From contig JBKBRF010000009.1 in assembly GCA_046292385.1 (NCBI GenBank), forward strand, positions 93,840-157,839: a stretch of DNA of 64,000 nucleotides, written 5' to 3'. The translations under genes were made by a program, and so were the position numbers. Shown piece by piece: positions 10,330-20,100 of the stretch. Numbering within the stretch: the stretch's first letter is position 1; every line of letters starts with the position of its first letter. The notes beneath the pieces are model-generated. The model searched no databases and was not told the DNA's origin. It worked only from the letters and a program-made list of their open reading frames with translations. Origin of the DNA: Armatimonadota bacterium (GTDB lineage: Bacteria; Armatimonadota; SYMT01).

Positions 10330-12474
10330 TCAGGCGCCGGCAGCGACGGCGCTCGGGTTGGCGTCTTCGATACGGGCAGGAAGCTCCGGCCGGCCCGCCG
10401 GGTAGTGCCGGGTGACGCAGCGGCTCTCCAGCGCACCTGCCGGCACGTTCTCCACCACCGTCCCGAGCACCGTCACTCCGCACTGCTCCAGGAACTCGAT
10501 CAGACGAGCCTCGCTGCCGCTGGGAGCCTCCAGAGCGCGGAGACAGATCACGGCGGCGTCTACGACCGGCGCCACGTTCAGCGCGTCGGAGAATGCCACG
10601 GCCGACGGAGTATCGAAGAGGACGTAGTCGGAGAGATCCCGCATCCGCTGCGCCACCTCGGAGAAGTTGGGAGAGCGGAACAGCTCCCACGGGTTCTCCG
10701 GAGTCGGGCCGGAGCAGACCACGCGCAGGTTGGAGACGGTGGTCGTCTGCAGCGCCCGCTCCAGGGAGGCCGCGTCCGGCTTGCTGATGAGGGAGCTCAA
10801 GCCGAACTCGTTGTCGATCCCGAAGATGTCGTGCAGGCGCGGCGCGCGCATGTTGGCGTCGACCAGGATCACGCTCCGGCCGGCCTGCGCCAGTGTGATC
10901 GCCAGGTTGGCCGCCGTGGTGGTGGTGCCCTGCCCGCCCTTGGCGGACATCAGCATCACGGAGTGGGCATGCCCGTTCGCCTGGAACATCCGCAGCGCCA
11001 GGAAGCGGTACGCTTCCGCGTGCGGGGAGAGCGGATGGAGCTCGGTCGCGCGCGGCAGGCTCTGGAGGGTGACCCCGCCGGAAGGCTGCGGCACGGCGGC
11101 GATGACCGGCGAAGGCAGCGCCAGCTCCGCCTGCTGCACCGTGCGCACCCGGCGGTCCATCGTTTCCAGCGCCAGGATCAGCCCGGAGAGCCCGGCAAGG
11201 GCGCACAGCGCCGCCAGGAGCGTAAGCTTCAGGGTGCGGCCGGTGGTGAGATTGACCGGCGGGTTGAACTCGCTGGAGCGGTCGACCACCGCCACCGGGT
11301 TCTGGCGCTCCGCCGCGTCCAGGGCGGTGGAGGCGGCCTGGAGCCGGTTCTTGAGGCTGGTCCGCTCCTCGGTCAGCTCGCCCAGCTCGCTCGTGAGCGC
11401 CACGATCGTAGAGTCGACCCCGTTCAGCCGGGAGATCTCGCCGCGGGCGTTGTTCACCGCCGCGGCGAGTGAGTCCCGCTGCGCCCGCAGTCCCCTGATC
11501 TCCTGGCGCGCGTCCCGGATCCGCTGCCACAGCGTCGCCAGCACCGGGTTGCGCTTCACGGCGATCGTCTCCGGCTGCTTGCCTCGCTCGGCGTCGAGCC
11601 GCTGGCGCAGCGCCTGGTAGACCGCCAGCGCCTGGCGGACCTGGATATGCTCCTCCGTGTACCGCGCGCGCAGGGTGGTGAGCTGCTGGTCCGCGCGGGC
11701 CAGCTCTTCCTCGAGCTGCCGCGCCACCGGGCTCGCCTCCGGGCGGCGCTCCACGTTGACCGTCGGCGGCGTCCGGGCTGCTTCCCCCTCGATGGAGCGC
11801 AGGCGCGCGATCGCCTCGGCGAGCTGCGCCCGCACCGTCTCGTGCCGCTGCTGCGCCATCTGCTGCCGGTAGATCGCCGGGGCGACCTTGTCGTCCAGGT
11901 TGGTGACGATCTGGTGGCTCCGCCGGTAGCGGTCGTGTGCGGACCGCACCTGCGCCAGCCGCTTTTCCACCCGCTTGAGCTGACTCTGCAGCACCAGGAC
12001 GACCTTCTCGGCCGGCTGCGTGTAGAGGGTCCGGTTCTTGGTGACGAAGCTCTCCGCCAGCGCGTTGGCGAGGACGGTCGCCTTCTCCGCGGACGAGTCG
12101 ACCACCCGCAGCTCGAAGAGCCGGGGACCGATCGCCTCTACTTTGATCGTGTCGAGGAGGTCCGGATCGAAGCTCGCGACACCGACCTTCTCCAGCGCCG
12201 GCTCGAGAACGTCCCGGGTCTTGAAGACCGCCTCATAACCGGGCGCCTGCGCGCGGGCGCCCTGGACGTCTCCGCCCATGACATCCATCGCGTTGGGCGA
12301 CGCCTGCCCGTCCACGTTGACCGGGTTCGGCGAGTACGCGAACCGGACCGTGGCCTGCCAGCGCGTGCCGACCAGCCGCGCCGCTGCGAACGTGACGCCG
12401 GCAGTCAGGAGCGTGCAGACGGCCAGCAGGCGCCATCGGGAGCCGAGGATTTCTACAGCACGCCAGAAGTCCAT
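10330..12474 (-). CDS. wzc: Wzc-like polysaccharide co-polymerase with a degenerate BY-kinase domain
   Basis: Two TM segments flank a coiled-coil region. C-terminal domain has AEAYR, SAKGGQGTTT (Walker A position), LVDANMR and LFDTP. Confidence 0.85.
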   Translation of the reverse strand: MDFWRAVEILGSRWRLLAVCTLLTAGVTFAAARLVGTRWQATVRFAYSPNPVNVDGQASPNAMDVMGGDVQGARAQAPGYEAVFKTRDVLEPALEKVGVASFDPDLLDTIKVEAIGPRLFELRVVDSSAEKATVLANALAESFVTKNRTLYTQPAEKVVLVLQSQLKRVEKRLAQVRSAHDRYRRSHQIVTNLDDKVAPAIYRQQMAQQRHETVRAQLAEAIARLRSIEGEAARTPPTVNVERRPEASPVARQLEEELARADQQLTTLRARYTEEHIQVRQALAVYQALRQRLDAERGKQPETIAVKRNPVLATLWQRIRDARQEIRGLRAQRDSLAAAVNNARGEISRLNGVDSTIVALTSELGELTEERTSLKNRLQAASTALDAAERQNPVAVVDRSSEFNPPVNLTTGRTLKLTLLAALCALAGLSGLILALETMDRRVRTVQQAELALPSPVIAAVPQPSGGVTLQSLPRATELHPLSPHAEAYRFLALRMFQANGHAHSVMLMSAKGGQGTTTTAANLAITLAQAGRSVILVDANMRAPRLHDIFGIDNEFGLSSLISKPDAASLERALQTTTVSNLRVVCSGPTPENPWELFRSPNFSEVAQRMRDLSDYVLFDTPSAVAFSDALNVAPVVDAAVICLRALEAPSGSEARLIEFLEQCGVTVLGTVVENVPAGALESRCVTRHYPAGRPELPARIEDANPSAVAAGA

Positions 12475-12719
12475 GACGGTTACCTGTTTCTTGGTTGCTG
12501 CCGTGGAGCAGCCGGGAGAGTTTGTGCGCCCTCTAGATACCGGCGGGTCGCGGCGCGTGCACGCCGGGCCCAGGGCTGCTTCCTTAGCCGGAGCGAATCG
12601 ACGTCGAGGCGCCCGCGGTGCACGTGTGGGAAGGCGCCGGCAACTCTGATCCGTGCGTGGGGTGCGGGTGCCGGCCCGCCACGCCCGGTGGACCGGCCGA
12701 GACCTGGAAGGAGAGCCGC

Positions 12720-13811
12720 ATGGTGCCAGCAGCGACCGGGATGGCGGAGGAAGTCCGCTACTTCGAAGGGCACACTGCGGCGGTCAACACGCTCGCCTTC
12801 TCGCCGGACGGAGGACGCGCCGTCTCCGGCAGCGCGGACGGCAGCGTCCGCCTGTGGGACGTGCCGGGCGGAGGCGAGCTGCGCCGGTTCTGGGGTCACG
12901 ACGACTGGGTAACGGGAGTCGCCTTCTCACCGGACGGCAGCACGCTGCTCTCCGGCAGCGCGGACGGGACGCTGCGGCTCTGGTCGAGCTCCTCCGGAGC
13001 CGAGCTGGCGCGGCTCGGCACCGGTACCGGGTACGTGCACGCGGTCGCGTTCTCTCCGGACGGCAGCCTGGCGGCGGGCGGCACCACGCACGGCAGGATT
13101 CACCTGTGGGACGTCCACTCGCGGCGGGAGCTTCGCTGCCTGCACGCGCACCGGAGCTGGGTCACCGGGGTGGCGTTCTCCCCGGACGGGCGCCAGCTGC
13201 TCTCCGGCGGCGCCGACCTGCTCTTCTCCCTCTGGGATCTGGAGCGCGGCCGAAGGCTCCGCACGTTTGCCGGCTCCACCGAGATCGAGGTGCCGGTAGA
13301 CCGGCCGCGCGGCCTGACCGGACCTGCTGCGGACTCCGAGGAAACGGCGCTGGCCGGCGCTCCGCACCCGGGCTTCCCGGTCCTGGAAGCCGGCATCCAC
13401 CGGCGCGCCCTTCCCTCGCCGCTCCATACCTGCCTCGCCAAGAGCGTCATCTTCTCCGCGGACGGCCGCTCCCTCCTCACCTGCACCGGTGAGCCCTCTT
13501 TCACGATGTGGGAGGCCCGCACCGGCCGGCAGACTCGCGTCTTTCGAGGACACACCGGCTGCGTCCGCAGCGTGGCGTTCTCGCCGGACGGCCGCCGCGT
13601 GCTCTCCGGCAGCATCTCCACCCCCAGCCGGAACGACAACACCGTCCGCCTCTGGTGCGCCGAGACCGGGGAGCAGCTCTGCACCCTCGCCGGGCACACC
13701 GACTGGATCTGGAGCGTGGCGTTCTCCCCGGACGGCACCTTCGCCCTCTCCGGCGGCGGCGATCACCTGCTGCGGCTGTGGCGCTTACCAGACGCGGCAC
13801 GGGCGTCCTAG
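12720..13811 (+). CDS. WD40 repeat protein
   Basis: About 7 repeats of GH...V..VAFSPDG...SG..D...LW. AGGAG SD upstream of ATG 12720. Confidence 0.92.
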   Translation: MVPAATGMAEEVRYFEGHTAAVNTLAFSPDGGRAVSGSADGSVRLWDVPGGGELRRFWGHDDWVTGVAFSPDGSTLLSGSADGTLRLWSSSSGAELARLGTGTGYVHAVAFSPDGSLAAGGTTHGRIHLWDVHSRRELRCLHAHRSWVTGVAFSPDGRQLLSGGADLLFSLWDLERGRRLRTFAGSTEIEVPVDRPRGLTGPAADSEETALAGAPHPGFPVLEAGIHRRALPSPLHTCLAKSVIFSADGRSLLTCTGEPSFTMWEARTGRQTRVFRGHTGCVRSVAFSPDGRRVLSGSISTPSRNDNTVRLWCAETGEQLCTLAGHTDWIWSVAFSPDGTFALSGGGDHLLRLWRLPDAARAS

Positions 13812-15067
13812 CCCGTCATGCGGCGAATGGCGACCAGGGCGAGGTCGTCCTGCAGGCCGCCCCGCGAGAAGCTGCGCGCGGTCCGCACTACGGTCCGCAC
13901 GAGCTGCCCTCCGTCGCTCGGCATCTCCCGCTCCAAGACGGCGGTGAGCCCGGACAATCCCAGGAACTCCCCGTCTTCGTCGCGGGTCTCGATGAGCCCG
14001 TCCGTGAAGAGCAGCAGCAGCTCGCCCAGGCGCAGCGTCACCACCCGCTCCTCCCACGTCCAGCTCGGCACGGCGCCCACCAGCCCGCCGGTCGACTCCA
14101 GCCAATGACATCCGATCCCGTCCGGGCGCCCGAACTGGCAGAGCAGCGGTGCCGGATGTCCCGCATTCGTGTAGCGAAACGAGAAGTCGTCCAGGTCGAG
14201 CACGCCGTACACCAGGCTCAGGAAGGTGCTCTCCTCAAAGGTGTGGCAGGAGAGCGCGTGGTTGAGACGCTCGACGACGCTGGAGGGGCTGGCGTCCTCG
14301 AAAGCATAGGCGCGGAGCGTGTGCCGGGCCACGGCGGTGTAGGCCGCCGCGTCGAGCCCTTTGCCGCAGACGTCACCGATCACGATGCCCAGGTGCCGCT
14401 CCGAGAGCCAGATGAAGTCGTAGTAATCACCGCCCACGCGCGACGCCTCGGAGGCAGGCTCGTAGTGGGTCGCGATCTCCAGCCCGGGGATCTCCGGCAC
14501 GTCGCAGAGGAACAGGCGGGCCAGGGCACATGCCACGTCGCGCTCCTGGTCCAGTTGACGGTGAAGGTCCGTGGCCTGCGCGCGCACCTGGTCGATCAGC
14601 AGCGACGCCTCGCTCACCAGCGCCTCCGCCCGGTCCCGCTCGCCGGCCAGGCGATGCGCCTGCTCCATCGCCTCTTCGCTGCGGCGCGAAGCGGCAAACT
14701 GGGTGAGCGCCACCGAGATCGCCGGCGGAAGCTGCTCGTCCCGCACCGGTTTCACCAGATAGCCGGAGGCACCGGCGGCGACGGCCCGCTCCACGCTCGC
14801 CGGATCGCTGTATGCGGTGAGCATGACGACGGCGGTGGGGCTCTCCGCCATGATCTGCTCCAGGGCACGAACCCCGTCCATCTGGGGCATCTCCACGTCC
14901 ATCAAGATGACATCCGGGTGCTCGCGGCGCGTGCGATCTACCGCCTCGAGCCCGTTGGAGGCGCGCCCCACCACCTCGTACCCGAAGCGGGACAGCGCAG
15001 TCTGCAGCCGCAGCGCGGTGATCCCCTCGTCTTCACAAACCAGCACGCGGACCGGACCGCCCTCCAT
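13808..15067 (-). CDS. Response regulator receiver fused to SpoIIE/PP2C phosphatase (RsbU/RsbY-like)
   Basis: REC motifs VCEDEG, LMDVEMP, LTAY, YLVKP. PP2C motifs GGDYYD, GDVCGKG, NAGHP, FTDGLIE, DDLAL. Confidence 0.93.
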   Translation of the reverse strand: MEGGPVRVLVCEDEGITALRLQTALSRFGYEVVGRASNGLEAVDRTRREHPDVILMDVEMPQMDGVRALEQIMAESPTAVVMLTAYSDPASVERAVAAGASGYLVKPVRDEQLPPAISVALTQFAASRRSEEAMEQAHRLAGERDRAEALVSEASLLIDQVRAQATDLHRQLDQERDVACALARLFLCDVPEIPGLEIATHYEPASEASRVGGDYYDFIWLSERHLGIVIGDVCGKGLDAAAYTAVARHTLRAYAFEDASPSSVVERLNHALSCHTFEESTFLSLVYGVLDLDDFSFRYTNAGHPAPLLCQFGRPDGIGCHWLESTGGLVGAVPSWTWEERVVTLRLGELLLLFTDGLIETRDEDGEFLGLSGLTAVLEREMPSDGGQLVRTVVRTARSFSRGGLQDDLALVAIRRMTG

Positions 15068-15340
15068 CGTCGCACCTCACCCCACCGCGGAAGACGCCGG
15101 CTCTCAGGAGCTACGGGGATTCGGCTTCCGAGCGCTCCTCGACGGCCCATACGCCTAGTGTTTCCAGTTGGGGTATGCCCCAAAAGCAATCATTGTTAAG
15201 GGTGTCAGCCGCTCGCCGGCAAGGGGGCTCTGCAGGTCACCGGCAGGTGCAGGTGCCGCAGCGCAGAGGAGTCGAGCTCGGGCTGGCCGGTACGGGCTGG
15301 CGGGCCGAGATGGGAGAGTGGGAGAGTGGGCGAGTCGGAG

Positions 15341-16342
15341 CTACTCGTCGTCGGGGTTCTCGCGCCGGACGCGGTGGACGATCCCGTTCTTGCCGCTCTC
15401 TTTCACGAGGTACATCAGGCCGTCCGCCTCGCGCAGGGCTTCGTCGGCCGCCTCAGGGGCACAGAGATAGGTCACCACCCCGATACTGAAGGAGACCGGC
15501 CAACCCTGGGCCACGGAGGCGGCGTGCAGGGCCTCCCGCAGCTTCTCCACGGCGCGCCTTCCCGACTCCCCTTCCGTCTCCGGCAGCAGCAGCGCGAACT
15601 CGTCCCCGCCCACCCGGGCCACGGTGTCGCACGCCCGCAGCCGCGACCGCATCACCCCGGCGACTTCTCGCAGCAGCCGGTCTCCGGCCGCGTGTCCCAG
15701 CCGGTCGTTGATATGCTTGAAGCCGTCGATATCGATGAAGGCGACGGTGAACGGGTGGTCGTACCGGTTCAGACGGTCGATCTCGTGATGGAGCGCCTCC
15801 ACCAGGCTGCGGCGGTTCGGGACGCCGGTGAGCTCGTCGGTGCGGGCCAGCAGCGCCGCCTGCTCCGCGAGCGACTGCGCGCGGTCCCGCTCCGCCTGCA
15901 GCTGTTCGGCCAGCTCCCGGGTGGCCTGCATCTCCCGGTTTTCCGCGTACCGGAGCAGCGCCATCGCAATCGCGGGGGCGAGCTGCTCGTCCCGGATCGG
16001 CTTCACCAGATAGCCGGATGCGCCCGCATCCATCGCCCGCCGGACCGTCTCGTCGTCACCGAGCCCGGTCAGCACGATCACCGCCGCGGGCGCTTCACGC
16101 ATGATCCGCTCGGTGGCGCGGATGCCGTCCATTCCCGGCATCACCACGTCCATCATGATCACGTCCGGATGGTGCTGCCGAGCCAGCTCGACCGCTTCCT
16201 CGCCGTTAAGCGCGCGGCCGCAGACGTGGTAGCCGAGCGTATTCAGCGCCCGCCGCACCCGCAGGGCGGTGAGACCCTCGTCCTCGCAGATGAGAATGCC
16301 GAGCTGGCGATCTTTAGGCAGCGAGGAGAGCAGCATGCTCAT
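15341..16342 (-). CDS. Response regulator receiver fused to diguanylate cyclase (REC-GGDEF)
   Basis: REC motifs ICEDEG, MMDVVMP, YLVKP. Cyclase motifs [24 protein letters not shown], RxxD I-site (RACD) and intact GGDEF. Confidence 0.93.
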   Translation of the reverse strand: MSMLLSSLPKDRQLGILICEDEGLTALRVRRALNTLGYHVCGRALNGEEAVELARQHHPDVIMMDVVMPGMDGIRATERIMREAPAAVIVLTGLGDDETVRRAMDAGASGYLVKPIRDEQLAPAIAMALLRYAENREMQATRELAEQLQAERDRAQSLAEQAALLARTDELTGVPNRRSLVEALHHEIDRLNRYDHPFTVAFIDIDGFKHINDRLGHAAGDRLLREVAGVMRSRLRACDTVARVGGDEFALLLPETEGESGRRAVEKLREALHAASVAQGWPVSFSIGVVTYLCAPEAADEALREADGLMYLVKESGKNGIVHRVRRENPDDE

Positions 16343-17146
16343 CGGGATAGGCTCCGGGGCAGGTGGGCGGATCGGAATGGGAGCGGGACGACGGAGCAGC
16401 TCGGTCCGCCAGCCGGCGCGCGCCCGCTGCCAGCCGGCGCTGTTCGTGCCGGGCCCGGCCCGGCCGGGAACGGGAGTCCGCCACGATTGAAATGCCACCA
16501 GGCAAGTGGCTCGTGCAGTGCCGGTCAACCGGGCTGCCGGCTCTCTCTCGTGGGAACGGCCTGCCCGCCGCTACCGTCCGGCGGCTCCCCTGCCCATCTG
16601 CGGACGAGCAGCGCTGCCTCGGTCCGGAAGTGATCCTCAACCGCCCGGCAGAGCTCGGTCGCCTTGCGCAGCACGGACTGACCGTCTGCAGGCGACTGCG
16701 TGAGGACTTCCTCCGGCAGGCCCGCCGCCAGATCGAGCGCGATCACGTCCACGGGATCCCTCCTGAAGCCGCACTCTCGACAGCGGAGCCGGCGCCGGCC
16801 AGGCGACCGGCGCCTCGTCACCAGGCGCTCGGTCTCGCGGAGAGCGGACAAGGAGAAGATGCCTCAGTGTGGCGATCCGTGCAGTCCGGCCGCTCGCCTC
16901 GGGTCCTCGCTCTGTTCTCGGAAGGGGGGATTCCCTGCCGAAATCGAGCGGTCCCACTGACACAACCCACCTCGGGAAGGGTGCTTGCGCGTCTTTATCC
17001 CTCTTTTTAATGATTTACCGGGTCACCCATAGGTTGGGTGGCTCTGTCCCGTCCGCTCTCCAGAATGCCCCTAAACCAAAGCCCCGCTCGCGTCGCGACG
17101 TCTCGCGGCGCGGCTCAGGCCACCAACGAGGATTCTGGAGCACATC

Positions 17147-20100
17147 ATGAGCCAACCCGCGAGCAGGTCGCGGACCCCCTCCGCGCGAGGGTCCGCCTCT
17201 GGCACGGGGAAGGGCGGCCGCCTGCAGCGGGCGGTGTGCCGGTTCCCACTGCTGATCGCAGCGCTGACCGTCTCCCTCACGTCGATCGCCGGCGCCGCCC
17301 GGAATGCCGCGCCGACCGCGCCGGTCTCGTCCCGGGCCGCTTCCTACAGCACGCAGTCGCTGACTGCGGCCTCGCCGACCGGCCGCACGCCGAAGCTGCT
17401 CTGGACACCGGAGCGGCAGGCGGTCTGGAACCGGATGGTCGCGGAGAACCACCCGTGGTGGCGGAGCCTGAAGACCTGGGCCGACGACTACCGCCTCCGC
17501 GGCGACTCCAGCGGCGACTGGGCGACGCTGGTCTACCAGATGACCGGCGACCCGAAGTACGGCCGACTGGGCTGGGAGGGCATGCGCCAGTACGTGCAGA
17601 GCAAGAGCCTCCCGTACTACAGCCTCAACTCCAGCATGTGGAGCTTCGCCACCTACGCCTGGAAGTACGACTGGCTCTACCCGGTCCTGACCGCCGCCGA
17701 GCGGCAGCAGTACGTCGACTTCCTGAACTGGCTCGGCGACCAGGTTCTCACCAACGGCAGCCCGCTCCTGACGCGGATCGGGGACAGCGACGTGGAGATC
17801 GGCCACTACTTCGGCCTCGCCTTTACGGCGCTGGCGACCGCGGGCGAGAATCCCCGCGCGGGCGAATTCCTGACGCGCTCCTGGACCGATCCGCGCGGCT
17901 CCGGAACGGCGAGTGTCGGCGGACTCACGCCCACGGCGTCCGGGAACACGCTCCGCAACCGGATCCACGAGTACCTGGCCCGCTACTCCCGGGGCGGCGT
18001 CTTCATCGAGAGCTCCGAGTACAACCTCACGACGGTGCTCCAGGTGCTCTTCGGCATCGACGGCGTGCGCACCGCCACCGGCAAAGATTACTTCCCCGAA
18101 TGGACCGAGCTGCTGCCGCAGCTCGCCATGGCACACCTCCAGCACCACGCGCCGGACGGCAACCACTCGTACCAGTGGGGCGACCTGGAGCGGAGCCGCA
18201 CCTTCTGGATCCAGCACCGCGTTACCCTGACCGCTGCGCTGGCGGGGCTCACGCAGGGGCAGCCGAGCGTCGGCCCCTACCTGCAGCAGCTCACCGATGA
18301 GCTGGTCGCGTGGCCGGGCGAGCACGGGGCCGGCGCGAAGCCGAATCCGATGTTCTTCGTCTACTTCAACCCCTACGCGGCGAAGGCGAGCTGGCGCGGC
18401 GCGATTCCCCGGGGTCACTACGGTGCCGGACAGGGCCTGCTCTACTTCCACGACGGCTGGAGCCCGACCGACAGCTTCTTCGGCGCGCACATGCCGCCCT
18501 CGATGACGACCGACCACAGCCCGTGGGCCTTCGGCAACTTCCAGCTCTTCCGCGGCGCGGAGTGGGTCTTCACCAACCCGCTCGGGTGGGGCCAGCCGTA
18601 CTACGCTATCGGCGGCGAAGCGCACAACTCGATGCTGATCGGCGGCCTCTCGTCCATGCGAGAAGCCCGCGGGCCGGTGGCGCAGGAGTTCGGGGCCCAG
18701 GGCGACTACGCCTACCTGGCCGGCTCCACCGGCGGCCAGTTCTTCTGGGAAGGCTTCTACCAGCCGCCGGCGCAGTTTCTTCACGAGTGGACGCGGAGCA
18801 TCGTCTACCTGCCAAGCCTGGATCACAGCTCCGATACGGTGGTGGTCTACGACCGCACCGACGCGGAGAACCCGCGGAGTCTGCCCGGCTTCGACCGCTA
18901 TCTCTACGAATACCGGAAGCTCGTAGACGAAGCTCCGGCGCTGAAGCAGTGGATCATCCACGCGCCGGTGGCGCCGACCCTCACCTCGGACGCGATCTCC
19001 TGGAGCACCCCGAAGGGGCAGAGCGTCCGCGTGAACACGCTGCTCCCCGCCGCCCAGAAGCGCACCGTCCTCGACGAGAAGCAGCTCTGGAGCACGGTAC
19101 CGGAGCTTCCGGTCCATCTCTCGGAGCGGAAGTGGCAGGTGCGGATCAGCCCCTCCGCCGCGCAGCAGTGGGACACCTTCCTGAACGTGGCGCAGGTCTC
19201 CAACGCCGGGACCACGCTGCGCAACACGCTGGTCCGCGCGGACGACGGCGGCGCCGAAGGAGTGCTGGTGCAGCGGTCCGGGCATCCGGACGTGCTGACG
19301 CTGTTCAGCGCCCGGCAAGGGGCCAAACCACCGGTGACGCCGCTCAACGGCGCCTACTCCGCGCACAACCCGGGCCTGCTCGGGATCGTCGGCGCCAAGC
19401 GGCTCCTGCAGGCGGGCTACACCGTCCGCTGGACCGCCGGCGGCACCACGCAGGTGCTGCTGGTCGACCTCGCCCCTTCCCGCGCCTGGACCGCCAGCAT
19501 CGACGGTGCCGCCCCGGTAAAGGTCGCGGTGAGCACCCAGGGCGTCGCCCGCGTGCTCGTCAGCGGTGCCGGCTCCCACACCCTGGTGCTGGCCGCGGAT
19601 GGCTCGGCTCCGGCCGACACCACCCCGCCCGCCGTGCCGCAGGGCCTGAAGGTCACCGCCTCTGACGCCCGCGCCGACCTGTCGTGGACGGCGAACACCG
19701 AGTCGGACCTGGCCGGCTACCACGTCTACCGCAGCCTGTCCCAGACCGGCACCTACACGCGGCAGACCTCCGCGGCGCTCGCCTCGCCGGCGTACAGCCA
19801 GACCGGTCTCACCAACGGCACCACCTACTGGTACCGCGTGAGCGCGGTCGACCGGGCGGGGAACGAGAGCGGCCAGAGCGCTCCGCAGAGCGGCACGCCG
19901 CAAGCGCTGAGCTACTCGATCGCCGGAAAGGTGATCGACGGCACCGCCGGCCTCGGTGGGGTCACGGTGAAAGCGGGGACGCGGACCGTCACCACCGCCG
20001 GCGACGGCAGCTACTCGCTGGCCGGGCTGCCGGCCGGGACCTACACCGTCACCCCCTCCCGGAGCGGCTACAGCTTCTCCCCCACCTCGCAGAGCGTTAC

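Noticed and set aside
15160..15176. GTTT...GGGTAT SigB-like promoter
   Set aside because: The spacer is only 7 nt and it points away from any nearby plus-strand gene.
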